Assembly: GCF_030028105.1 (NCBI RefSeq)
Contig: NC_092385.1
Coordinates: forward strand, 81,110,747-81,174,746
Length of the DNA stretch: 64,000 bases
Reading direction: 5' to 3'
DNA from: Mobula birostris
Lineage: Eukaryota
The position numbers and the translations under genes were made by a program. This document shows, piece after piece, positions 25,134 through 37,844 of this stretch. The notes below the pieces were generated by a model. The model did not search any database and was not told the origin of the DNA. It was given only the letters and a program-made list of their open reading frames with translations. Positions within the stretch are counted from its first letter, which is position 1. Each line of letters begins with the position of its first letter.

Positions 25134-26986
25134 TTAAGTGTCAAAGTAAGGAAAGAAACAGATCTAATCATGAAAAAAGTATTTTATAAAAGGGAAAACT
25201 TTTATTCAGATAAGCAGCTTCATTTCATAAAGGGAACATTCTTGAATAGTATTCAGTTCCACATTAACATGGTTTACTTTTCATGCACAATAAATCCCAG
25301 AATAAAGACACTTCCATAAATTAAAATTAACTTATTTTTACAATAACAAGAATGGCAACCAATATAAAAGGTAATTAGTTTTATGAGAATAAAATTGCAA
25401 TTCTCATAATAAGCACACTACATCCTTAAATTATACCCAGTACAAAAACAGAAAACCCATATTCTTGTCTTTATGATGTTCATGATTTACAAGGATCTAA
25501 AATAGTTTCACAAGCTTTTCCAAAGCACAAATCTATGTTCTAAGATTCACTGAACATTTTGTTTTGCTGCAATCAGATTGTAGCCACCAACCCATTACCT
25601 CCTGTCTGGTGTAAAATTACTAATGCAGGATACTATTGCTGGTTGATTCAGCAACAACTTTCCTTTTTTTTTGCAGCTAAATATCAATGTTTGTTTTCAG
25701 GATTTGTAAATTATTTATTCAACACGTTTAAAAAAAGCTTGTAGCAGAGAAATGTCATTTCAGGTGATCCCGATTGGTATCTGGTTATAAAAGTACATTT
25801 TTTCTTTCTTTCCATCCTCTCAAATTTTATCTATTCCCACAGGTCACTGACTCACTTTGTTTTAAGGAAGTCAGTGACAACCTAATAGTTAATAGGAGAT
25901 GTTTGGTGGTTTGGGCACAAATAGGATAACAAAAGAAGGCAAGGTGCTTTTGCAATTACTCATCATCATCCATTCAAATATGGAAGATTGTTAAGACAGA
26001 TCAGGGTAAGAGAAGTGTTCATGATGGTGATAGTGAGAGAACAAGGCTTCTTCATGCTTCATTTTGAGCAGATCTTTAATACCAACATGGTAATAAAGAT
26101 GTGCTAAAGCCTTACCTCTGCATTTCCTCTGAACCACATTACAGTACTAGAGTGCCTTCTGAATATGAACTTTGTTTTTGATAGATTATATTCACATATA
26201 CCAAGTGAACATTATTAATACAACTGCAAAACTAAGTTACTTTCTCTTTTCTTCATCCTGAAAACAGAACCCATAATACCAGCTCATTACAAATGCAGTC
26301 TAACTCAAAGGTCTTTAATGATATTCAACATGCCCAATTCAACTCAAACACTTGAAAATTCAATCTCGATTAGAAATAAATAGGTCATAATCAAGTCTGA
26401 AAAGTAGAATTGTATTTAATTTTATTCTGGCTTGATTGTACTAGTTAACACAAAGTACTAAATGTTGTATGGCTTTAGTCAATACAGTCTATAAGATGTT
26501 AAAATGTTTTGTATGTTGATAAAATGGAATACTGTATCTTTAGATTCCAAGGTACCTTAACCCATAATTTTCATATTCTCTCAAAATGTTTAGCAATGAC
26601 ACCACTAACCACAAGATTAGTAAGATGCTTTGTAAGAAGGGCAAGTAGGATGAATTACCTCATTTGTCCACACTAACATCTTGCTGCTGCTGTGTGACTT
26701 GAAGTTCCAAATTAAATTCTGGGCCAATATTTACTTTTTTAAAAAAATTCTTACGCTAGTTAGAAGGGAGGCAAAATACATGCAGATAGGAAAAAGATCT
26801 TCCTGGCTATAGAAGCTTGAGGAGCTCATTTTCTGGTGAAAATTCAAAATGTAATCTTCTATCCCAAAAAGAAAATCTATCCTACCATACATCCAGCCTG
26901 CTAAATCAATCCATTGACACAATTTTATACACATTTTGTGCCATATATGATATTCATCAAGACATAGTGTATACATGCTCAAGTTA

Positions 26987-27142
<156 letters not shown>

Positions 27143-28389
27143 TTACTGCACTATCAACTTTGTCTACATAATGATAAACCAGACATGCCCTCCAGTCAAG
27201 ATGCAAGATGTTCCAGTATCAAAGTACATCTGTCATGCATCTTACTGGTAAGCTCCATCAAGGGAGAACTGACCAAATAGACCAAAAATGAAATGGATGA
27301 TTCATGTTTTCCCATTTTTTCTTATTTCTATTAAATTTCTCTATCATTCTTGAGTCGGAATCCATTCAGCCTTGTGTAAACCGATGCACTAAGAGAGTAC
27401 TCTATTCTAATTGTGCTGTGTGCTTGATAACCTATACTCCAACTATATTTAGCCTTTACCAAGAAGAAAAATAACCTTCATATAATGTCTTTAATGGTGA
27501 CGACACAGCATTTTACAAGAGGGGTTACTCTCATAATTAAGGAAACGTAACTGCTAATTTGTACATAGCAAGCTCACACAGAGTGACAGAGGCAGAATAA
27601 GCTAAATTTTAGCAATGTTCAGTGAGATGAATATTGCTTTGGTTATGTGGAGTTTTCAAAAATAGTGCCATGGATCTTTTACATCTGCCTCTTTGAAAGT
27701 CTCATTCATAAGACACTTGAAATCATGAAATGCTTTTCACTTAGCCAAAGGAAACAAGGACTCCAGAGGAAAGGCAGGAAGAAAAAAATGTAAGATTGAA
27801 GAGACAAATTTAGAAATCCTATATAAACCCATGAGAACTTAAATTTCATTTCAAATGATTGAAATAGCTTCCATTTAAAACTCAATAGCCCTATTGAATT
27901 TTCAGTAGATTAGAGATTCATGAGTTATATGATGCTGGCTTAGCCTTTGTTTATTCCTGTCCTACTTTAATGGAAGATTAATGCAGCAGTGAACAGATTC
28001 ATGTTCTCCATGGATAAATCCCATCCATTGAAGGGAGCATTCACTGCAGATCTTTACTCAATTTTTATTTATTTATTTATTTTTAAGCAGGGCGTCTCAC
28101 AAGCTCTAAAAGCCTTCCAAAAAATCACAATTCCCTGCCTTCTTAAAAATACCACTTCTAATTCTGTAAAACCCTTGATTCAAGGAAAAAGGTTTACATG
28201 AACAATAAATATGGAAATGGATATGAAGGTCAAAGCCCATAGATTATTAAAATTAAATCATTCAACATACAATGTATTATTGGATAATTAGATTAACTCA
28301 AATTGTTCCATTTCATAGTTTTTGTAAAGCATTTTTAAAAGTATGCCAGAAGGATAGTGGACAACAAGCTAAGGCTATCCAACACAAGC

Positions 28390-29685
28390 AGTTCATATTG
28401 AGCGTATATTGAATAGATTAAAAGAATGTGCAAAAACAAATACTGTACATTAAAAAAAAGGTGAGGTAGTGTCTAAAGATTCAATGTCCATTTAGGAATC
28501 AGATGGCAGAGGGGAAGAAGCTGTTCCTGAATCACTGAGTGTGTGCCTTCAGGCTTCTGTATCTCCTACCTGACGGTAACAGTGAGAAAAGGGCATGCCC
28601 TGGGTGCTGGAGGTCCTTAATAATGGACGCTGCCTTTCTGAGACACCGCTCCCTGACGATGTCCTGGGTACTACGTAGGCTAGTACCCAAGATGGAGCTG
28701 ACTAGATTTACAACCTTCTGCAGCTTCTTTCGGTCCTGTGCAGTAGCCTCTCCATACCAGACAGTGATGCAGCCTGTCAGAATACTCTCCACGGTACAAC
28801 TATAGAAGTTTTTGAGTGTATTTGTTGACATGCCAGATCTCTTCAAACTCCTAAAACAAAAAGTATAGCCGCAGTTTTGCCTTCTTTTAACTACACTGAT
28901 ATGTTGGGACCAGATTACATCCTCAGAGATCTTGACACCGAGAAACTTGAAGCTGCTCACTCTCTCCACTTCTGATCCCTCTAAGGATTGATATGTTTTC
29001 CTTTGTCTTACCCTTCCTGAAGTCCACAATCAGCTCTTTCATCTTACTGATGTTGAGTGCCAGGTTGTTGCTGTGGCACCATTTCACTAGTTGCCAAATC
29101 TTCCACCTGTATGCCCACTCATCACCACCTGAGATTCTACCAACAATGGTTGTATTGTCAGCAAATTTATAGATGGTATTTGAGCTATGCCTAGCCACAC
29201 AGTCATGTGTATATAGAGAGCAGGGCAGTGGCCTAAGCACACGCCCAAGGTGCACCAATGTTGATGGTCAGGGAGGAGGATATGTTATCACCAATCTGCA
29301 TTGATTGTGGTCTTCTGGTTAGGAAGCTGAGGATCCAACTGCAGAGGGAGGTACAGAGGCCCAGGTTCTGCAACTTCTCAAATCAGGAGAATAGGCCATT
29401 GACCTATTGTGGTGATAGGCAAATTGCAATGGGTCCAGGTCCCTGCTGAGGCAGGAGTTCAGTCTAGTCATGACCAATCTCTCAAAGCATTTCATCACTG
29501 TCGATGTGAGTGCTACCGGGCGATAGTCATTAAGGCAGCCCACATTATTCTTCTAAGGCACTGGTATAATTGTTGCCTTTTTGAAGCAAGTGGGAATTTC
29601 TGCCCATAGCAGTGAGAGGTTGAAAATGTCCTTGAATACTCCCGCTAGTTGGTTGGCACAAGTTTTCAGAGCCTTACCAGGTACT
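28390..29685 (-). mobile_element. Rex/Babar-type LINE RT and 3' fragment
   Basis: [60 protein letters not shown]; frameshifted. Confidence 0.9.
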
Positions 29686-30814
29686 TCAGCGAGTTGTTAT
29701 GTCTCCCCTCTCGCTGTGAAACGGGAACAACTCTTTTTCCTTTATTAGGGAGAGGCTGTGGTATGTCAAGTTACCAGGTGTAGAGTAGTCTTTGGGGTAC
29801 TGCAAGTCTGTGTCTTTATTGATGCTTTGCTGCATGCTTGATTGCTCAGTGGAGGGTGCCGATACTTTTTTGCTGGTGGGGGGGCGGGTCATTGCCTTGT
29901 TGCTTAAGGGAGGGTGCTTTGGGGTTCTAATGTTTAACTGTCATTCATTCTTTGGGGCACTCCTCTGTTTTTGTGGATGTTTGCGAAGAAAAAGAATTTC
30001 AGGATGCATATTCTATGCATTTCTCCAACATTAAATGTACCTTTGAACCTATTGAAAAAAAACCACCGTTTAACTGACTAACAAATTATGTATTTAAATG
30101 AAATACAGAATAAGAACACTAACAATACACTATTGTACTATAAAATTATAGTTCATAATAGTTATTGACATAACAGTTCATCCAGTATACATTGCCGTGT
30201 TCTTTTGATTGGCTGTAAATGAACAATATCAGCGTAGACACAGTGCAAATAAAGGACTACCTTCATACAATTAATTCCAACATTTGCATTCTTCAAATCT
30301 TCATTTTCACTGCAACATTCGAGATCATTGTTGATACCTTCAAATTCCTAACTTGAAGTAGTGAAATGTTTCATTTTCATTCTGGCCATTTTTGGCATCT
30401 CCAAGCTTGAATGCTTGAAACCGCAGTAGGTAAAAGAGTTCAAAATTGCCTTACTGCTCATTTCTAACCAACTATCAGTGACAAAAAAAAAAAAGTGCTT
30501 TTTGAACACAAACACACACAACTAAAACTATTTAAAAACTACTTGCTCCAAGTATGGTGCAGTGTTAACGTCCACACGACTGACACTGGTTAGAAGTTTC
30601 AGCAAGTCTCCTGTGTCAATTTAGTGGCATAGTGCTCCAAATAAAAAAAAGTAATCCTGGCTATTTTCTCAATTAGTTTTTGTTCTTTAAGAGATGTCCC
30701 AAATAAGTGCTGGCCATGATTATCTGCAATGCACGGTAGTTTGGTTTAGTGAAAAACTAAAACCAAAACTTGCTTTTGGCACATCATATCTGTAGTGTGT
30801 ACTTTTCAACATAC

Positions 30815-30896
30815 CAAGAAGCGTCCAGTGACAGCAGCTCGATTCCCTGCTGTAACATGGGCTTAAAACGTAATGTCAGAGGAAATGGAACCTTTG
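30815..30896 (-). CDS. EMC3: EMC3 exon 5
   Basis: [26 protein letters not shown](W); AG/GT; 82 nt. Confidence 0.96.
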
Positions 30897-31383
30897 CTAA
30901 AAAGAAAAATAAATAGTGTTAGTAAAATAATTTTAACTTCAATTTGCTAAACATATATTTGATATTTGGACTACCTGTACAGCACTAAACAGGATGGTAA
31001 TACATCAGAGAAAAGTGAGAGAAAATGCAAGTAAATTTGGATAGAGGTGATGGGATGAGTAGCATTTAGTACACAAGTGAAGCAGGTAGTGTTTTTTTAA
31101 AAAAATGGCAATATGTTAGAAAAAGTTTTAAAAATATGAAATTCAGAGTTGTTGTAACTGTGTATTTAAAGAAGAACTGAGGAAGATGGTGATTAAAATA
31201 ATTTGACTTTGAATAGGAAATGAAGTTGAATTAATTGAAGACGATGCTGGAATAAATAACGGAATGGTACCAAGAGAATAAAAATTATAGCTTTGGTTTT
31301 CTGAACCTCACTTTGAGAGTACAAATGCTCATTTAAGATGAGAACAATTGTTTCGCTCGCACTTTGTCCAGGGCATTACTCAC

Positions 31384-31488
31384 TTGTGACAAAACCGGAG
31401 AATGTCCAGTTGATCCAGCCGCCGATGAGAATCATCGGAAGTACATTTGTAACATTGCCTTTCATCATGTCCATCACCATTGTGGGGT
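31384..31488 (-). CDS. EMC3: EMC3 exon 4
   Basis: (D)[34 protein letters not shown]; AG/GT; 105 nt. Confidence 0.96.
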
Positions 31489-31879
31489 CTGAAACATTAA
31501 GTTGGGAAAATTATTAGGTTTAATTTCAACATTTTTATCAGCAATACAGGGAAATGCACAAAGAAAATCCCTATCATATTTGTTAGGCAGGCTATGTCTT
31601 TAAAACTTTAAAAATCACAAGATGTTTGCTGTTTACTGAGTGTATCTTTCAAAATAAGATTAAAAATAAAGTGGAAGCAAGATGCAAAAATTCTTGGGTG
31701 AGAAAATAATGGCAATTACTTGACCTGGCAATACAAGTCTACTAAATTAATTGATACACAAATTTTATATTTTCACTCAACCTCTGCAATTTTCTTGAAT
31801 GGAACAGATAAAATAAACAAATAAATGAAAGCAAATCTTGGGCATGACACTTCATCTTTCACCAACCAATTCAAGTCCA

Positions 31880-32382
31880 CACATCAGTGGCCACTTTATT
31901 AGGCAAACCTGCTCATTAATGCAAACATCCAATCAGCCAATCCTGTGACAGCAACACAATGCATAAAAACATGCAGATATGATCGAGGGGTTCAATTGCT
32001 GTCCAGACCAAACATCAGATGGGGAAGAAATATGATCCCAGTGACTTCGACTGTGGAATGATTGTTGGTTTGAGTATCTCAGAAGCTACTGATCTCCTGG
32101 GATTTTCACGAACAACCGTCGCTGCAGCATACAGGGAATGGTGCAAAAAACAAAACAAAAAAGTCATCCAGTGAGCGGCAATTCTATGGGCAAATTCTCT
32201 ATGTTAACGAGCGAGGTCAGAGGACAATGGTCAGACTGGTTCAAGCTGACAGTAACTCGAATAACCAACACTGGTGTGCAGAAGAACATCTCTGAATGCA
32301 CAACACTTTAAACTTTGAAGTGGATAGGCTCCAGCAGGAGAGGACACCCTGGTTTCCACTCCTGTAAAGTGGCCATTGAGTG
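31880..32382 (+). mobile_element. Non-autonomous Tc1-like DNA transposon
   Basis: Imperfect TIRs catcagtgggccacttta / taaagtggccattgagtg followed by TA. Internal MGKKYDPSDFDCGMIVG resembles a Tc1 transposase N-terminus. Confidence 0.75.
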
Positions 32383-32479
32383 TATATATAATACCGTATG
32401 TTATGTCAAAGTACAGAATAACCTCTGAATGTTCTTGAAGTGGAGATTTTACAACCAACCATTTTGCATGCTAGACTCC

Positions 32480-34105
32480 ACAAAATCAAAGGGGAGAACA
32501 GACAAAGAGAAATCAGTGGATGCTGTTGACATGGCCCTTTGACAAGGTGCCACACATAAGGCTGCTTAACAAGAGTCCATATTAAAGGAAAGATATTAGC
32601 AGGGACAGAAGACTGGCTGACTGCCAAGAGACAAAGAATGCAAAGAAAATGCCTTTTTTGGTTGGGTCTGCTTCTTTTCAAGTTATAGGTCAAAAATTTG
32701 GACTTCAGAATCAATGACTTTGTGGCTGTATGAAGATAGGTGGAGAGGCAGGTAGTGCTGAGGAAGCAGGGAATCTGCAGGACTGAGATCGGGAATATGG
32801 GCAAAGAAATGGCAGATGGAATATAGTGTTGAGAAGTGTATGGCCATGATTTTGGCAGGAGTAAAGGTGTAGTCTATTTTCAAAAAGAAGAGAAAATTCA
32901 AAAATCCGAGGTGCAAGGAGACTTGGGAGTGATTGTGCAGGATTCACTATAGGTTAGATTGTAAGTTGGGTTGGTGCTGAGGAAGGCAAATGCAATATTA
33001 GCATTCATTTTGAGAGGACAAGGATGTCATACTAAGGCTTTATAAATAATTGGTCAGACTGCACTGGGGGTATTGAGAGCAGTTTTGGATCCCTTATCTG
33101 AAAAAAAAAGCAGCAAGCATTATAGAGGGTCCAGAGAAGGTTCATGAGAGTGATCCTGGGATTGAAAGGATTAACAAATGAGGAGTGCTTGATGGCTCTG
33201 GGCTTGTATGAACAGGGATCTCACTGAAAACTATTGAATATTGAAATGCCAAGATAGAGTGGATGTGGAGAGGATGTTTCCTATAGTCCGGGAGTCCAGT
33301 GAGTGCAGGATAGATACATCCCAAAGAAGAAGAAATATTCTAAAGGCAGGATGATGCAAACATGGCTGACAAGAGAAGTCAAAGCCAACATACAAGCTAA
33401 AGAGAGGTCATATAATAGAGCAGAAAATAGTGTGAAGTTAAAGGATTGGGAAGCTTTTACAAACCAACAAAAGGCAATTAAAAAAGTCATGAAGGAAAAG
33501 GTGGAATACAATGTGGAAAGGATGTTACCGATGGTGGGAGAGTCCAAGACTAGAGGATCCTTCAGAATAGGGGATGTCCATTTAGAATGGAGCTGAGGCA
33601 GCTGTGGAGGCCAAGTCAAATTCTAGGCAGCTTCTAGAGGAGGTTACATGGTCAGCACAACATTGTGGGCCAAAGGGCCTGTAATGTGCTGTAGATTTTC
33701 TATGTTCTTTTGGGGCTGAGGGGTGGGGGGGGGGGGAATGGACCAGCCATGACAAAATGGGAGAGCAGTCCAGATAGCCTAATTCTGTTCCTATATCTTA
33801 TGGTTTAGAACCAAAGGGCACAGCCTCAGAACAGAGGGATATCCATTTCAATTAGAGATGTGGAATTTCTTTAGCCAGAGAATAGTAAATGTGTGGAATG
33901 CATTGTCACAGATAGCTGTGGAAGCTAAGTAATTGAGCACATTTAAAGTGGAGGTTGATAGATTCCTGATTAGTTGGGGTTTCAAAGTTATGGGGAGAAG
34001 GCAGGAGAATGGGATTTAGGGGTATAATAAAACAGATATGATGGAATGCTGGAACACACCTGATAGGCTGCATGGCCTTATTCTGCTCCCATGTCTTATG
34101 GTCTA
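32480..34105 (+). mobile_element. Cluster of degenerate or rearranged CR1 fragments
   Basis: RT and C-terminal CR1 remnants with several 3' tails (~33700, ~33800, ~34100). Confidence 0.8.
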
Positions 34106-34144
34106 AATAAGACATTCCATATCTACTGCATAGATTAAAAATTA

Positions 34145-34252
<108 letters not shown>

Positions 34253-34677
34253 CTAGACAGTTAAAACAGGAACATATTCAAAATTATAAGAAATTAAACA
34301 TTTTGCAATCCCATTATAAGAGGGGAAAAGTAGTATGCACATTGTTGGTTGGAAATGAGGCAGTATCTGAATGGAAACCTCGCAATACAGGTTAAGTGCA
34401 TGTAAGTTGCAAAATTCCCATTACCTATGCCCCAACTTCCTATGCATTTTGTGGGTGTAGCGATATGGCAGATCATGGAGTATGGCACATCCTAGCCACA
34501 CCAAGTTTTAAATTACTTTGAATGGCCCGCAGGAGTTTGACACAACTAAGTATGCAGAATAAAAAGAATTATTTAAGTAATCCAAACCACATTGACTTAC
34601 ACCCATATTATCTGACCATTAACATTCTGGCACTGACAAGAGTTATTTCAGGTGTGTTTATGGAAAGGAAGATTTAC

Positions 34678-34735
34678 CTGTTTTGGAATATATCTGCCAT
34701 TTTCTCTCAGAATTCTACTTCTGATTAGAATTTGA
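34678..34735 (-). CDS. EMC3: EMC3 exon 2
   Basis: (S)QILIRSRILRENGRYIPKQ; AG/GT; 58 nt. Confidence 0.96.
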
Positions 34736-35918
34736 CTGCAAAAGAAAAGGTATCAATTATACTTTAACAAATTCTGAAATAATTGGAACATAAATAGAAA
34801 TTACAGATGATGGTTAACACTTTCAAGTGGTTTGATAGCCTCTATCCACACAATTGTTGGATGTACTTCACATTACTGGAATACTTCAGTTACTCACCAA
34901 CTTGAAATACAAAGAAAAACTAACATTAACAAAACCACTGATGCACTAGATGGGAAAAGGTTCAGAGTACACATTAGAAAACAATAGTATGCAAAAAAAA
35001 AATTGTGATTATTTATAGACAGACACACAGGCACCTGGCCTACTAAGAAGCAGGCTTGTCATATGCATGTGGCACCATCAGTTGTACTGCCCATTAACCT
35101 TTATTAAACTGCATTTCTGATATTTTTATTTACCATTTACTTCCATCTAGTGGTTTCTTTGTACTTTGATTTCTTTTGCAGTCCATCAAACATTATAGCT
35201 ATTGAAAAAAAAAACAATGCTTACATTTATGAGATAAATAATTTCTCTTTGACTGTTAGCTTTATTTTTGTTCTGTTTTGAATCTCCCAAGAAGCATTAT
35301 TTTAATTCTCAATGCTAGCCTGAATTCCCAATGGGAGCATTTTCATTATTGAAAGTCTTGGCATGTGCTCAGAATAACAAAAGTTGTTTCCATCCATTAC
35401 TTAATTACTGGAATATTTTTTTAATGAAACACAACAGTACTTTACTCAGAGCTTATTTAAAACTTTGACTAAATAATGAGTGTTTTTTAAAAAAGCACAC
35501 GGTGAGCACCAAATAAACTAAAATACACTGAAAAAGCAGCACAAATGAAATGCTGCCTCATCTAGGAATACAGTTTGCGTCGCAATGTGATGGGAAAAAA
35601 AATAGAGTAAAAGCACAGCTCCAATGGAAAGTACCATGAAAAGATGGAAGAGGGGTCCAGGAAATCTTTTCTGAATGCTGAGAGGAGGAAGTAGTGCCTG
35701 GTGGTGGAACAGGCTGTAGCAAAATCATGGGTGATTCACTGGATGTGGAGATTAGTGGGGTGTGGCCACGACAAAGGAAACTCCATGCAATTGGGATGTG
35801 AGGGGATGAAAATGGAAGTGTGGGAAACAGTAGATACAGTTGCAAGTCGTGAGGGAGAGCTATGGTAAGAAACAATGAAGATATTTTAAATGCCTCTGGT
35901 TTGCAAATTAGATCATAG

Positions 35919-36543
35919 CAGACATCCCACCTCTCCCAGAACTTCCGGGAGTCTCCCGCATATTAATAGTGGCTCCCTGATGCCCGCAAATTATATACAA
36001 TATTACGGAAATAAATTTTTTTGAGAGCGAGCGAGAGAAAAGCACGAGAGAGTGCGAGAGCAACGAGACAGAGCGCGCGAGAGAGAGCCAGAGAGAAAGC
36101 AAGCGAGAGCAAAGGCAAGCGAGAGAGGGACAGCGCGCGAGCGAGAGCGCTTGAGAGCACGCGAGCGATGAGACAGAGAGAGAGAGCGTGAGCGAGAGCG
36201 CGCCATTGCAGAGTGTTCCAAAAAAAATATAAAACGTACATCACCCCAGACCACACTAAAGGGTACCCCTGCCTAATAGGGGTCAAAATAATGACAGTGT
36301 TGCTCACCGCACTGTTTGCAACAGTGACTTTTCTATTGCCCATGGTGGGTTAAGACTGTAAAAGACATGTTGAAGTGAGTTTAACAGGTGTCATTCATTC
36401 ATTAGCATAGCTAACGTTATTTAAACTAGCTGGCTAGCTGCTAAGGAGCTACTCTATTGCAGACATCCCACCTCTCCCGGAAGTTTCCCACAAATTGATG
36501 GTGCTACCTCCCTGAAATGAGTTTTTGCAGGGTGGGATGTCTG
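35919..36543. mobile_element. Non-autonomous DNA transposon (hAT-like) with 13-bp TIRs and a 6-bp TSD
   Basis: CAGACATCCCACC...GGTGGGATGTCTG, flanked by TCATAG (35913-35918, 36544-36549). Internal GA/GC-rich simple repeat at 36023-36202. Confidence 0.85.
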
Positions 36544-37844
36544 TCATAGTGATAAAAAAAACTGGAAAAATGTAATGATGTCCTTGCAGGATATTGAGGT
36601 GCTAGCTGTGGGTTTCTAATGTGCACTGGTACCTAACCTACCCACTGAGACGCAGGTAGGGATGTCAGAAGAGGAAAGAGTCACTTATTAGACCATGCCA
36701 ATATGAGAGCAGGATGGAAAGGCAACTGAAAGTTTCAATTTCTGCGTGCACAGGAAACAGCATCAACACACTCATCAATGTGGTAAGAAAGGAACGAGCC
36801 AAGAATGACCATAACAAGGACTGATCCTTATGTCCAACAAAAAGACAGGCATAACCTGGGGTCACACAAGTGTTAGGAGGTTTCCACTGACTTTAAATAA
36901 ATGGAGTTTAAAAAATAGTTGAGGTGGGGAGACTACTGCCCATAATGGTAATGGGAGTGAACTAGTCAGGATTTTGTTTGAGGGAGTAATAAGTCATTTT
37001 TAGCCACTCTGGTAAGGGACAGAAATATGGAGGAAGTAGACATCTACTATGAAGATTAATCACTCAGGACAGGAAACTGTCAAAGTAGCAGAGGGCATCA
37101 AATGTCATAGATGCAAATAGGAAGGGGCATCAAAAAAGAAACAATAAAAATAGAAAGTTTCTCTGGGGCAAGAGCAGGTTGAAATGATGGATCTATCAGT
37201 ATATTACTGCATGGCTATATCAAAAAAGTAAAGAGGATTCATGGTACCTGTAAAATGGAAGGATTGGACCCCTAGTTTCTGTCTCCACCAAAAGACTTTC
37301 AACAGATATTGACTGCCCTTCCTCCAATCCTCCATCCTAGAAGGACTTCTTTTTAAAACCAAGATTCTGTCATTTCTGCTCTAATAAAGAGACCTTTCAT
37401 AAAGGTTCTCAATTCAATTTGCAAATATATACATGTTTCCAGACTCTTGTTGCTTTAATATTCAAACTCACTCTCAGTCTCACATGTCTTTGGCTTTCTC
37501 CATTGCCTCAATGATGCTAATGCAAGTTCAAAGAACATCGTCTCATCTTTCACCTCCTTGGGACGTAATAATAAATATACCAATCCCTGCAAGTCCCTTC
37601 TTCCTGCAGTGCTCGAGATACAAAACATTTTCTTTTCACCTTCCATCTGCCAGGTTTTACAGTAACTTACCACAATAACTTTGGTCTGCACAACATCATG
37701 CTTTCTCCACTCCTCCTGCAACTTCAAACATGCTCGTTTTCTCCTTTCTAAAGGAGGGCCCTTGACCTGAAATATCAATTTTGCTTCTGTCTTTGAAGAA
37801 ACAATCTGATTTGCTAAATGCTTCTAAGATTGTGTTTTAGAGTA

